Shown piece after piece: positions 21,653 to 31,751 of a stretch of DNA of 64,000 bases. This DNA comes from an uncultured Planctomycetota bacterium. GTDB taxonomy: Bacteria > Planctomycetota > Planctomycetia > Isosphaerales > Isosphaeraceae. Each line of letters begins with the position of its first letter. The stretch's first letter is position 1. The DNA lies in assembly GCA_963823665.1 (NCBI GenBank), contig CAWGMQ010000003.1:896001-960000 (forward strand), given 5' to 3'. The translations under genes and the position numbers were made by a program. The notes beneath the pieces were generated by a model. That model saw only the letters and a program-made list of their open reading frames with translations. It ran no database searches and was not told the origin of the DNA.

Positions 21653-24028
21653 CTTGAGTCTCCTTCAGATGTCTGCTGGAATTGAAGAGCCACGCGGATG
21701 TGCTTCTGCACGGTGGTCATCTTACGGGAAAACTCGATGCTCAAATGTAACGACGTTGTAACAACTACGCTCATATTGATTCGTGCCGCGGTTTCCGAAG
21801 CCCGCAGCGCTTCTCGAGCGGCTTCTGGCTGATGTCGAAAGTCACCGCCCGCAAGCTTTGAAAGCGGTCTGCGTTGTTCAAGCACGGCTAGTTCCGCGTC
21901 GTCAAATTCGATGGCTTTTACTGCAAAATTCATCGGACCGTCGTCGGTCAGCTTGGTCGTCGAAGACTTGGTGCCGCTGCTCGCGCACCTATGGCATCAG
22001 GGGCGCGATACTAACTGCGTTCCGCTTGCCGTCCCTCCATATCGCGTGCTCTGGACCACGGACGCCCTCGAGCCGTGGAACCGCCTCCCGATTGTTTATG
22101 GTGTCCAGGGAAGAACTCAAATCGGCGATCTCGCGCATAATATGTGCTGGCATGGCACAAACTTCAATGGCCCTTCTGCGTTGCATCCGATCTGCTGTTC
22201 GCTGGCGCTCGGACTGGCCGAATCGCCGCTTCATTGAGACGCCATATCCGCGCCGTTGAATCGGTACTGGCAGATGCCAAGTGCTTGCCATCCGGCGAGA
22301 ATGCCAAGGAGGTGATTGGCAAGTAGGTTGCGTAGATCCGTTTGACGTCAGCGGGTGAGCCGGAATTCGAGAAAATTATACGTATTCCGCCGTCGTCACA
22401 ACCCCATGCTAATTTGCTCGCATCTGGGGAAAAAGAAACTGTGGTCACTTTAGACGCTTCAACAAATGAGTATCGTGGTGATTGAAGATTTGATGTTTCC
22501 CAGACTGTTGCATGACCGCCCCCGTTCGGCGTGTCCGTTGCGGCCGCCAGTTTTTTTCCGTCAGAGCTATAGGCGACCGAAGAGACGCGATCATCCGGGA
22601 AGGAGAGCTTGATTAGTTTCGGTGCTGAAGCACTCTGTAAATCCACAATCGATAGCGCGTTAATACTTCCGCACGCAAGCATCCGCCCATCAGGCGAGAA
22701 TGCCACTGAGTTTACCCAACCGCCGTCGACCCTGATCGCGCGAAGCTGGCGCACGGGCTTTGCCCTCCAGTCGATGATTCGAATCAGACCTTCCGAATCT
22801 CCGACTGCGAGGCTGTTCTGATCCGGTGCAAAAGCCACCGAGATCACGTTACCAGGAATCGGAAGAATATTGTCTAGGCCCGAAACAAGCGTCGTTTTTT
22901 TATTAATTCGCCGTTTTTTGAGAAAAAGCTCGAAAACCTCCAGTGTTTTTGGAATAATGTAGGTGAAATCACATCCTCACTATTCCAAGACAAGGAGGCT
23001 TTCGAGTGAGTGCTACTTTCCGAAAAAAACGCGAGGCACGCAAGAAGCGAGTTTTCCAGGAACGACGGCGACGAATTAACAAGCGTCTTGGGAAGCCACC
23101 CGGTCCCGAGCGGCCTGTGCCCATGATGACCGCCAGCAACATCCAGTACGAACTGGCCGACCGCGTCCAAGGCCTCAGCGCCGGCGGCATCGGTGTCATG
23201 CTGCTGTTGGCGCGCCGGATAGGCTTGATCAGCGACATCGACGCCAAGCTTCAACTCCTCAAGATCCATCTTCCCTATCACGAATCCGACCACGTCTTGA
23301 ACATTGCCTTCAACATCCTCGCCGGCGGTCAACGGATCGAACACCTCGAACTGCGGCGCAACGATGAAGTCTATCTCAATGCTCTGGGAGCCGACCGAAT
23401 CCCCGACCCCACCACGGCGGGGGACTTCTGTCGTCGCTTTCGTGAGCCCGATGTCATAACCTTGATGGACACCATCAATCAATCCCGCCGACGGGTCTGG
23501 GCCCAGCAGCCACCCGAGTTCTTTGCGGAAGCAATTCTGGACGCCGATGGCACCATCGTTCCGAGCGACTCTGAGTGCAAGCAAGGGATGGACTTCGCCT
23601 ACAACGGCCAATACGGTTACCATCCGCTCTTGATCTCGCTGGCCAACACCGCCGAACCCCTGTTCCTGTTCAATCGCAGCGGCAACCGTCCCTCGCAGGA
23701 GCTGGCTGACGTCTACTTGGACAAGGCGGCCACGTTTTGCCGCCAGGCTGGTTTCCGCAAGATCCTGATGCGAGGCGACACCAAGTTCGCCCAGACCAAG
23801 CATCTGGATCGGTGGGACGATGCGGCCGACATCCGTTTCATCTTCGGGTACGAGTCACACGAGTCCCTCGAAGCGAGAGCCGATGAGCTCCCGGCCAACG
23901 CATACACCCTTCTGGAACGACCGCAACAGCACCAGATCAAAACGACTCCCCGCGAGAAGCTCGAGCGGGTCAAGCAAGAGATCGTCCGGGAGCGAGGATA
24001 CGAGACGGTTCACCTGCTTAAGGAAATG

Positions 24029-25582
24029 GCCTCCTCAGCAGAATCTGTGGGTAAATTCTGGCTCAGGCAGGGCGCCAAGGCTGTGATACAAGGCGTTTTT
24101 CACTGCATCGAACGTCCGAAAACCGTACGCCTTTCTCGTCGTCAATTTCACCTTGTTGTTCAGGCCCTCTGCAATGCCTGCGGAAATCGTCCCACGGGCC
24201 TTGAACCAATTCAGGATCAATTCTTCATGGCTGCGAAGCCTTCGAGCCACTTTCTTCATTGGCTCGATCTTTGATCGCATCGTCCTGGTGCACCACTCGT
24301 GCAGAAATCGACTCGCCCAGCCGTGATATTGGTAAGTCCAGAAACGCTGAAAATCCTCCCGCAAAAGATAGCTTCTCACGGACTTTAGGTTGTACTGCAC
24401 CAGTTCGGCCAATCTCACGGTCTGCTTCTTTGTTAGGTTCTCCGGCCGCTTCAGCAGGCACCATCGCGCCCGTTTCAGGACTGGCTCGTAGCCATCTCGC
24501 TTCAGCCGGCGCGCTTCCTCGGCACGTACTTCGTCGATCGCCTTATTCATCGCTTGCATGATGTGAAAGCGGTCGAGCACGTGGATCGCGCCAGAAACCT
24601 CTTGGGCCAGCACGTTGAGGTACGGTTTCCACATATCGCTGCATAGATAGCGGATCGAGTTCTTGGTCTCGTCGGTTATGGTTTGGAAAAAGCCACGCAG
24701 GCTTTCCTCCGTCCGGTCCAACCCAATCCAGAGCAACCGCCTGAACCCAGCGTCAATCTGGTAAACCAGCGTCAGGTAATGATGGCCCCTTTGCCACTGC
24801 ACTTCGTCTACAGCGATGGCCTTGATTCCGGTCATCGTCCGTCTCGCCAAGCCCCATGCGACTGCATACTCGACCGAGCGGTACACAGTTTCCCAGGTAG
24901 TATGGAATATCAAGGCGACTTCCAGCCACGAGAGCCGCTTGGCCCAACCGGCTAGAAACCATCGGTAGGCCGTAGTCACCGGGCTCTTGCCGTCACTCCA
25001 CGGGACCTCTTCGACGATCACACCGCACTTCGGGCAGTCAACGCGCCTCATTGCGTAGACAAAGAACACAGCGATCTGCCAGAGCGGCACGAACTCGAAC
25101 CTTCGTACAGGTAGTTGATCATACCCGGCTCGCTTACGGTGGCACCCGGAGCAAACAGCTCGGCTGTTGCGGCGGGCTTCAATTTCTACCTCCAAGGCAA
25201 GTTGCTTTCCTTTCGAGACCAAACTTACCTTGCCGTACACGAAGGACTTTTGCGGTGCAATGCGATTGAGGATAGTCTTGAGGAGCATCGTGTGGGGCCT
25301 CTCGATTGGGATGGTCTTGGTAACCCTTCCCTAACCGACGGCCGCGCACGATGCACTACCCTACCTTCTTCAAAAAAACCTTTCTCAAGAACGAGTCCGC
25401 GAAGAGCTATTTAAAACTGAACCATCAAATGTGAACTTCGCCTACCCCTCCCGCCTTCACCTTCGCTTCGCCCTCAACCTAGCAGGGCGGACCGAAGGTG
25501 AAGGTGGGAGGGAGAACCCTCCTGTCGAGCCCGAGCCGAGCTGCTGCATCGTTTTTCAACCCACAAATTCTGCCGAAGACCC
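24029..25582 (-). mobile_element. ISL3-family insertion sequence
   Basis: 8-bp target duplication AGGAAATG (24021-24028, 25583-25590); imperfect IRs sharing GCAGAATyTGTGGGT. Confidence 0.92.
24035..25288 (-). CDS. ISL3 transposase
   Basis: CSGC/CPKC zinc finger, IAVDE, CSDMWKPY, LDRFHI, EGLNNKVK, AYGFR. Confidence 0.95.
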   Translation of the reverse strand: MLLKTILNRIAPQKSFVYGKVSLVSKGKQLALEVEIEARRNSRAVCSGCHRKRAGYDQLPVRRFEFVPLWQIAVFFVYAMRRVDCPKCGVIVEEVPWSDGKSPVTTAYRWFLAGWAKRLSWLEVALIFHTTWETVYRSVEYAVAWGLARRTMTGIKAIAVDEVQWQRGHHYLTLVYQIDAGFRRLLWIGLDRTEESLRGFFQTITDETKNSIRYLCSDMWKPYLNVLAQEVSGAIHVLDRFHIMQAMNKAIDEVRAEEARRLKRDGYEPVLKRARWCLLKRPENLTKKQTVRLAELVQYNLKSVRSYLLREDFQRFWTYQYHGWASRFLHEWCTRTMRSKIEPMKKVARRLRSHEELILNWFKARGTISAGIAEGLNNKVKLTTRKAYGFRTFDAVKNALYHSLGALPEPEFTHRFC

Positions 25583-26975
25583 AGGAAATGATTGCGGAGT
25601 TCGAATACCAGCCGGTCGCCTGCAAGAAGAGTTATCGGATGATCGTCCTACGCAAATTGGTAGGGGTCGACAAGGGGCAGATGCGGCTGTTCGAGGAATA
25701 CCGATACTTCTTCTACATCACCAACGACCGCAAGATGACGGCCAAGCAGGTCGTGTTCTCGGCCAACGATCGCTGTGAGCAGGAAAATTTGATCGCCCAG
25801 CTCAAAAGCGGCGTTCACGCGCTGACCGCACCCGTGGACGACTTGGTGAGCAACTGGGCGTATATGGTCATGGCCTCGCTGGCGTGGAGCCTGAAGGCTT
25901 GGAGCGCCCTCATGGTGCCGGTATCGCCTCAGCTCGAGGCGGAACACAAGACAGAGAAACGAAAATTGTTGAGGATGGAATTTGCCACGTTCTGCGCGGC
26001 TTTCATCCAGATGCCGTGCCAGATCGTGCGGGGTGGTAGGCGGCTGATTTACCGGTTGCTCTCCTGGAACCCTTGGCAGGACGCCTTCCTCCGGCTGGCG
26101 GAGCGGTTGCATAGTTGCTGGTTGTGCTGAGGCGATCGAGGCATGAAGTCGGGGTCCGGATGCCCCGATCCGTGTGGGCCACCGAACGAAGAGAGGGGAG
26201 GGACAGATGACGGAGACAAGCCGAGGGTAAGAAACGGGGGCCGGGCCCTCGGGATGTAGAAACTACGTCTATTGCACACTCATATAATCAACTTCTATGT
26301 ACTATTGCTAATTACCATACGTCGCTTGTTTTGGGGCTAGGATACCATCAGATACTCTCGAAATCCGGACATTGAAGGCGAACGAGCCAGTCGCGATGGT
26401 CCGGCCGTCTCCAGTGAAACAAATTGAGGAGATCCTGCTTTCGTCGGGAAAAAGTGATTGGAGCAACTGCCCTGAATCCGTGTCAAAAAGGCGCACCGTC
26501 CGATCGTCTCCGCCAGTCGCCAACAGCCGCCCGTCAGGTGAAAAGGCCACCGCGAAGACCGCGTCTGCATGGTTTGTAAGCCGGTGCGCAAGCACGGCAA
26601 CTTGGTCTGAGCGGTGTTTCTGGTCCAAAATCAAGAAGGCAGTCCACACAGATAGTCCAATTAGCCCGAACAGGACCAATAGCTTTAGCGTTAGTACGAG
26701 CCGCCACGATCGATTCTTGCCGTGTACCATATGAGCTCGCACTCCACATCTACAGCGCGTGGGACCTGCGATCGTGTGCGTGGCCAACGTAATCGATGTG
26801 AACTCCTCGCGGCCTGATCGACTTCGGCGAGGTTGACAAGAAAAATACCCTGGCGGAGCCTGATCACTATATCGAGGTTCGCGAGGGGTATACGCCGTGG
26901 GATACCACTCACTCGCGGAGTACTCAACGATGTATCACACGTTTCCGCCCGCCGCCAGCTTTCTGACTGATCCCA

Positions 26976-27181
26976 ATTGGCAACTTTTTTTGCCAACGCC
27001 GAACCTGACCCCGTTTCCTTTCGAGCCGCGAATGAATGGATGCTGGGGCCGTGACAAAAGGATGGGTGTCTGGAATCCATTGGCAACTTTTTTTGCCAAC
27101 GCCGAACCTGACCCCGTTTCCTTTCGAGCCGCGAATGAATGGATGCTGGGGCCGTGACAAAAGGATGGGTGTCTGGAATCC
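26976..27181. repeat. 103-bp tandem duplication
   Basis: Units 26976-27078 and 27079-27181 appear identical; each begins with the hairpin TTGGCAA-CTTTTT-TTGCCAA and contains ACCTGACCCCGTTTCC. Confidence 0.9.
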
Positions 27182-27363
27182 CGGACCTGACCCGTTTCCT
27201 CAACGCCTAAGGTCGGACCGTCAATCTACGCATGCAACGGACCACACCTGCCTGTCGAACGCAACCGGAACGCAGCCCGCCGCGCGACGGCGGGGTTGGC
27301 ATGAGCCGCTGGCCATGGTAAGCTATGCTATCAGTGCAATAACACGATGATACATTCAGACCT

Positions 27364-27699
27364 ATGACGCATATCGACTTCAATCAACTCCTGAGCAGCA
27401 TCGAGGCACTGTCACCGGAGCAGGTGCGGATGCTTCGCCAGAAGCTCAATCGCCGGGACGCTCAACAGAAGAGGTCGACCGTCGAGCAATCCGGCAAGTC
27501 TGCCAAACGCATCAAAGCCGCCGCGCCCAAGAAGAAGCCCCTGACGCGCGACGAGTTTAATCAACGATTGATGGCTGCGGGTCTCATCACCTCAGTTCCC
27601 GATCCAGCCCTCGACATCGACGACGACGATCCCGACGATCAGCCGGTTTCCATCAAAGGCGAACCGCTGTCGGAAACCATCATCCGCGAGCGGCGCTAA
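27364..27699 (+). CDS. Putative antitoxin
   Basis: 111 aa directly upstream of the PIN toxin; acidic linker and C-terminal GEPLSETIIRERR. Confidence 0.75.
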   Translation: MTHIDFNQLLSSIEALSPEQVRMLRQKLNRRDAQQKRSTVEQSGKSAKRIKAAAPKKKPLTRDEFNQRLMAAGLITSVPDPALDIDDDDPDDQPVSIKGEPLSETIIRERR

Positions 27700-27701
27700 A
27701 G

Positions 27702-28169
27702 GTGGCGGTGTCCTATTTCGTCGATTCCAGCGGCTTGGTCAAGCGCTATGTCCAGGAAGACGGAACAGGCTGGGTGCGCCGTCTGACGCGCCGCAGCCCA
27801 TTCACCGTGATTTATATCGCCCGCATCACCGCCGTCGAGGTTACCTCTGCCGTCGCCCGCCGGCGCGAAGGCCGGACGATCACCTCCAAGAAGGCATCGT
27901 CGATCCTCCACCGCTTCCGCCAACACCTTGCCGGGCGTTACACCGTCATCGAGATTACGCCCGCCCTGTTCAACGAGGCCATGCGGCTGGCGAATGTGCA
28001 CGCGCTGCGCGCCTACGACGCCGTGCAGCTTTCCGCCGCTCTCGAAATAAACCAGAAGGAGCAGGATGCCGGTTTCGCTTCGGTGACGCTGATTTCCGCG
28101 GATCAAGCCCTCGACGCTGCCGCCATTGCCGAAGGACTGACGGTCGATGATCCAAATCTGCACCGCTGA
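27702..28169 (+). CDS. vapC: PIN-domain (VapC-like) toxin
   Basis: YFVDSSGLVKRYVQEDG, ITAVEVTSA, LRAYDAVQLSAA, ISADQALDAAAIAEGL. Confidence 0.92.
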   Translation: MAVSYFVDSSGLVKRYVQEDGTGWVRRLTRRSPFTVIYIARITAVEVTSAVARRREGRTITSKKASSILHRFRQHLAGRYTVIEITPALFNEAMRLANVHALRAYDAVQLSAALEINQKEQDAGFASVTLISADQALDAAAIAEGLTVDDPNLHR

Positions 28170-28255
28170 CCAACTGACCCGTCCCATACCCGGACCAGAT
28201 TGCTGTGCGTGGCCAACGTAATCGATGTGAACCCACTGACGCCCAGACACGCCCC

Positions 28256-28350
28256 TATTCGCCGCACTCGCTACGTGCAACAACTGCTACACTTCCGCTC
28301 GGGGCAGGAGTCGATATCCGTAAAGGCCAGAAATCGCTCGGGCAACGCCT
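28256..28350 (+). pseudogene. Tyrosine recombinase C-terminal relic
   Basis: YSPHSLRATTATLPLGAGVDIRKGQKSLGQR matches the HxLR box; LGH is degenerate and the catalytic Tyr segment is absent. Confidence 0.7.
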
Positions 28351-28443
28351 GCTTGAGAGTCGCCGCCGCGTGCGGCGGCGATCGGTTCGTAACCGGCGGC
28401 GCGCAATGCGTCCACCACTGCGCGTCGGATCGCGGCGGCGTAA

Positions 28444-29404
28444 TCAATGACCAGAGTTCTGGGCGACGGCATCGATGCGTCCATCATTCGTGATCGCAGA
28501 ATACACGTCCGGCCGCGACAGGCCGTACCAGGGATCATCCAGCGGACTGAGGAACAACTCGGAATAAATTCGGCTGACCACGGTATCGCGTTCCGGCGAA
28601 GCCGGCTCCGTCGCAAACCAGTTGTGAATCCGAACATGGAGGTAGTACTCATTTCGGACGGAATCTTCGTTGATGATGCGGCTGACATTCCGGATCAGCA
28701 CCATCGCCGGCATCTCGGTGAGCGCCTTCGACGGCGCCCTTCTGCCGGCGACTTCCGCGAGGGGCGGCCCGCGCTTCACGACCGCTTGAGTCGCCGGAAC
28801 GTCCAATACGGGATGCATCGCCCCGCGCAGCGCGATCCTGGTCCATACCTCCGGCTGGTGATCAACGCCGATCGCAAGCGACGCGGCGAGTTTGGCCGCG
28901 CGACAATGATCGGCCCAGGTTACGGAAGAACCGGCTGTTCGCGCAGCTCAGCTCGTCCGTCAGTTTTCCCAGCAGCCGGAGCGAGAGGACTGCTTTCTTC
29001 TCGCGTTTCGCTACCGCCAGGGCTTCTTCGATATCGGTGTGCCAGTAAAGTCCGCTGAATTCAGCATCCTTCTGCTGCGCCACCGAGTCCAGAACGGCGG
29101 ACCAGCGCGGCGACTTGCGCAGTTCCGGCTGGCTCATGAGAAACTCGACCGATTGCGGCCCGTGCCGGCGCAGCGCCTGAATCGCCGGTTCACTGGCGGC
29201 CGCATCGCCCTGAAGCGCCAGAGTCGTCAGTCGGCCGAATTCGTCCGAATTGAAATTCGATCTGGCCGGGACGGGCGATTGGCTTGGGACCTCTTTTTCA
29301 AGCGCTTCGGCCCTGGCGTCGCCACTTCCCCAGGCCAATCCCCCCACGACAACCGCGCTACCGGCGATCGCGATGCGCCACACTGCATTTCGAGGTCCGC
29401 TCAT
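28444..29404 (-). pseudogene. Second copy of the SelN-like gene with a 332-bp internal deletion
   Basis: 28442-28921 matches 20358-20837 and 28921-29520 matches 21169-21768, with scattered substitutions. Confidence 0.9.
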
Positions 29405-29538
29405 CTTGAGTCTCCTTCAGATGTCTGCTGGAATTGAAGAGCCACGGGGATGTGCTTCTTCACGGTCGTCATCTTACGGGAAAACTCGATGCTCAAATGT
29501 AACGACGTTGTAACGACTACCCTTCCGGCCAGGATGCA

Positions 29539-30516
29539 ATGCCTGTGACGACAGACCGAGCGGGACAGCACGATGCGGGCAAACGAGTGGGCTCGATGGG
29601 CTGGTACGCGCTCGTAGGACTGGCAGGAGGATCGCTTCCGCTGGTCGTGCTTGGTTCGATACTCTTGCAACCTGGGGCGAGCTCTCGCTCTCTTCCTTTG
29701 GCTACTTGCGTGATCATCAACCCGTTGATCGGCGCCGGCCTTGGATGTTTGTACCACCGATTTCCGAGAAGATCGCTCGCGTCGTCGTTTTTCGCGGACG
29801 CGCCGCTCACTGTACAAGAAGGCTCGAAGGGAGGCCGGCGGATCGGTACGCTCGCGTTGACCGGTTTCGGCGTGGGGATCGCGACCGCGCTTCTGGCGAC
29901 GATCCTGGAGGTGGCCTGGCGCGGCTGGTCGTTCCTCGATGTAACGCTGATCCCTGCGCTGCTCATTTATCCGTGGTTTTGCGCTTTTGCCGGACTCAAC
30001 CTGGGCCTACGGCTGGGGCATCCGAGACCATCGATCCGGCGCGTCCGCGTCACTCTGAGGACATTGATGGTCCTGGTGGCATACGCCGGGCTCATGTTTG
30101 GTCTCGGTATGGGGGCGGTGCGTCTCAGTCGCAATGTCAGGCATTTTCACGAGATTTCGCTTAGCGAGCAGTCGCTCGGGGACGATTTCGAGACTCAGGC
30201 ACAGAAGTATCTGGCCGACCTGGGACTAAGAAAGAAGAATGCAGATGAGCTTCGCCACGGCCGCATTCCAGAGGAACTTCAATACGAACACAGGACCTTC
30301 TTGAGGTCGCTAGACAATACGGCCGGTGAGGAGTACAAAATACATCGATTTTCCCAGATCGCAGGCCTGGAGGAGCAGCGGGCGGAGCAATCCGAAACGC
30401 TATTCCGTAGCAATGATCGGAGCGCGAAGTATCTGAAGATGCTTGCTGCGAAGCATAGGAGGGCTGCCCGCGAGCCTTGGGCCCCGGTGGCCCCCGACCC
30501 ACCATTGGGGCCATGA
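29539..30516 (+). CDS. Hypothetical membrane protein
   Basis: Five or so TM helices, RVTLRTLMVLVA, C-terminal KHRRAAREPWAPVAPDPP. Confidence 0.75.
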   Translation: MPVTTDRAGQHDAGKRVGSMGWYALVGLAGGSLPLVVLGSILLQPGASSRSLPLATCVIINPLIGAGLGCLYHRFPRRSLASSFFADAPLTVQEGSKGGRRIGTLALTGFGVGIATALLATILEVAWRGWSFLDVTLIPALLIYPWFCAFAGLNLGLRLGHPRPSIRRVRVTLRTLMVLVAYAGLMFGLGMGAVRLSRNVRHFHEISLSEQSLGDDFETQAQKYLADLGLRKKNADELRHGRIPEELQYEHRTFLRSLDNTAGEEYKIHRFSQIAGLEEQRAEQSETLFRSNDRSAKYLKMLAAKHRRAAREPWAPVAPDPPLGP

Positions 30517-30556
30517 CGAATGTGCCGAAGCTGAGCAGGATGGTAGTCGCTCGCGA

Positions 30557-31147
30557 TCAGCCGTTGGGGTCATCGAGCAATTGTTGCAATCGATCGCCGA
30601 GCGGCGGGGGAAACCGGGCCGGCCAGGTCGCATCGATCAGGCCGACCCCAATCAGATCGCGAAGGTGGGTTCGATCCTTGTCGCGCCAAGCGTTCAATTT
30701 CATCCGGGCGAGAGCTTCGAGATTGGCGACTTGAAATTCCGCGGCGCGCTCCGATTCGTCGATTTCAGGCAGGTTGTAGTCGCCGTCGCGAGGAACTTTC
30801 TCGCCGGCATAGAGGAGATGGATTCCGCCGCTTGGCTTGCCTTGCGGGCCATCGACGAATGTGTCGGTGTCGAGGAGCTGATGGTCGATGAAGCCGGCTG
30901 CTTCCAAACAGGTTTTCGCCGCGACAAAGTCAAGGCGTCGGATCAGGATATCGACGTCGCGTGTTGTGCGGACGGCGTCCTCGTCAACGCGGGCGACCCA
31001 CTCGGCGATGGCGTTTCCGCCGACCACGGCGTACGACACGCCGGCTGCGTCGAGGGCGCAGGTCGCACGGCGCAGCCGCTCCTTGACCTTTTCCGCTGCC
31101 ATGATCGCCCTTTCCCAACCGACGGGCTCGATTGCTGCTACGGCCAT
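30557..31147 (-). CDS. Nucleotidyltransferase-fold protein
   Basis: YAVVGGNAI...RTTRDVDILI, LARMKL..WRDKDRTHLRDL. Confidence 0.75.
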   Translation of the reverse strand: MAVAAIEPVGWERAIMAAEKVKERLRRATCALDAAGVSYAVVGGNAIAEWVARVDEDAVRTTRDVDILIRRLDFVAAKTCLEAAGFIDHQLLDTDTFVDGPQGKPSGGIHLLYAGEKVPRDGDYNLPEIDESERAAEFQVANLEALARMKLNAWRDKDRTHLRDLIGVGLIDATWPARFPPPLGDRLQQLLDDPNG

Positions 31148-31307
31148 GACACATGCTCCTTGCGGCTTCCCCTATCCTAGCCAGAAAGCACGTTCAGGAG
31201 GAATGCCTCGCGATCCGATGGGCCGATCGGGCGGCGGCACGGCGGGGAGAATTGGCCGGCGGGACGTCCGGACCCCGGAACGGCGGGTCACGCTGTGTCC
31301 ATGCCGC

Positions 31308-31670
31308 TCAATTGCTTCCGTCGGGTACAGCGTGAAACGGGCGCACCTCGACTGGCGCCCGGCAGGCGACGACGGCCTTGCGCCCCCACGCCAGCGCCTC
31401 TTCCAGGTTAGCGGCTTCCAGTATCCAAAAACCGCCGATGTGCTCCTTGGTCTCCAGGTACGGCCCGTCGGTGATGAGCACCTCACCATCGGGCTGCGCC
31501 CGTAGCGACCTCGCGCTGCTTGCCGGATGCAAGCCGCCGGCGAAAATCCTGGCACCAGCAGCCTGCATCTCCTCGTTGAGCACGTCGATATCGCGGTGCA
31601 TTGCTTCGTCCTCTGCGACGGACGGGTCGTAGTCGTCGGGGTGGTGAATGGCAACCAAATATTGCGGCAT
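31308..31670 (-). CDS. YCII-related (DGPF) protein
   Basis: AGGLHP, ITDGPYLETKEHIGGFWIL, VEVRPF. Confidence 0.92.
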   Translation of the reverse strand: MPQYLVAIHHPDDYDPSVAEDEAMHRDIDVLNEEMQAAGARIFAGGLHPASSARSLRAQPDGEVLITDGPYLETKEHIGGFWILEAANLEEALAWGRKAVVACRAPVEVRPFHAVPDGSN

Positions 31671-31724
31671 GACTTCTCCTGTAACGGTCTTCGAGCGGGC
31701 CGGTTACTCAGGCTTTACTATACG

Positions 31725-31751
31725 GTCGAATGGCCGGACCGGCATTCGACA
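31725..31751 (-). promoter_or_regulatory. ECF42-type promoter upstream of the DGPF gene
   Basis: TGTCGA-N17-CGAC about 55 bp upstream of the ATG; matches the motif known for ECF42-regulated DGPF genes. Confidence 0.65.

Larger units (their letters stand above)
23006..26130 (+). pseudogene. IS1380 DDE transposase split by ISL3 (23006-24028 + 25591-26130)
   Basis: YHESDHVLNIAFN, IPDPTTAGDFCRRF, DADGT, GYHPL, RGDTKF, ANDRCEQENLIAQLK; rejoins as HLLKEMIAEFEYQP. Confidence 0.9.
22874..26340 (+). mobile_element. IS1380-family insertion sequence (contains a nested ISL3)
   Basis: Inverted repeats CTAGGCCCGAAACAAGCGTCG and (reverse complement) CTAGCCCCAAAACAAGCGACG, 18/21 match; CTAG at both ends. 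Confidence 0.9.
22164..26730 (-). pseudogene. Membrane-anchored WD40-repeat protein interrupted by IS1380
   Basis: 5' part 26337-26730 (TM, VFAVAFSPDGRLLATGGDDRTVRLFD) and 3' part 22164-22873 (VNSVAFSPDG etc.) rejoin in frame as ...RVSDGILDNILPIPGNVISVAFAPD... Confidence 0.88.
26775..28232. repeat. 29-bp perfect direct repeats bounding a TA-containing segment
   Basis: TGTGCGTGGCCAACGTAATCGATGTGAAC at 26775-26803 and 28204-28232. Confidence 0.85.

Noticed and set aside
21770..22260. ORFs 21783..22259 and 21911..22237
   Set aside because: Overlapping alternatives with no motif; cannot support a gene call
22849..26316. TTACC at 22849 and 26312 as the IS1380 target duplication (also gives an in-frame join)
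   Set aside because: No inverted repeats at those ends; the 21-bp IRs with CTAG at 22874/26340 give a better WD40 repeat on rejoining
26975..29520. Diversity-generating retroelement or retron explanation for the duplications
   Set aside because: No reverse transcriptase in the window, and copy differences are few and not evidently adenine-specific
11500..31700. Integron cassette array
   Set aside because: No intact IntI and no convincing attC (RYYYAAC...GTTRRRY) hairpins between the small genes
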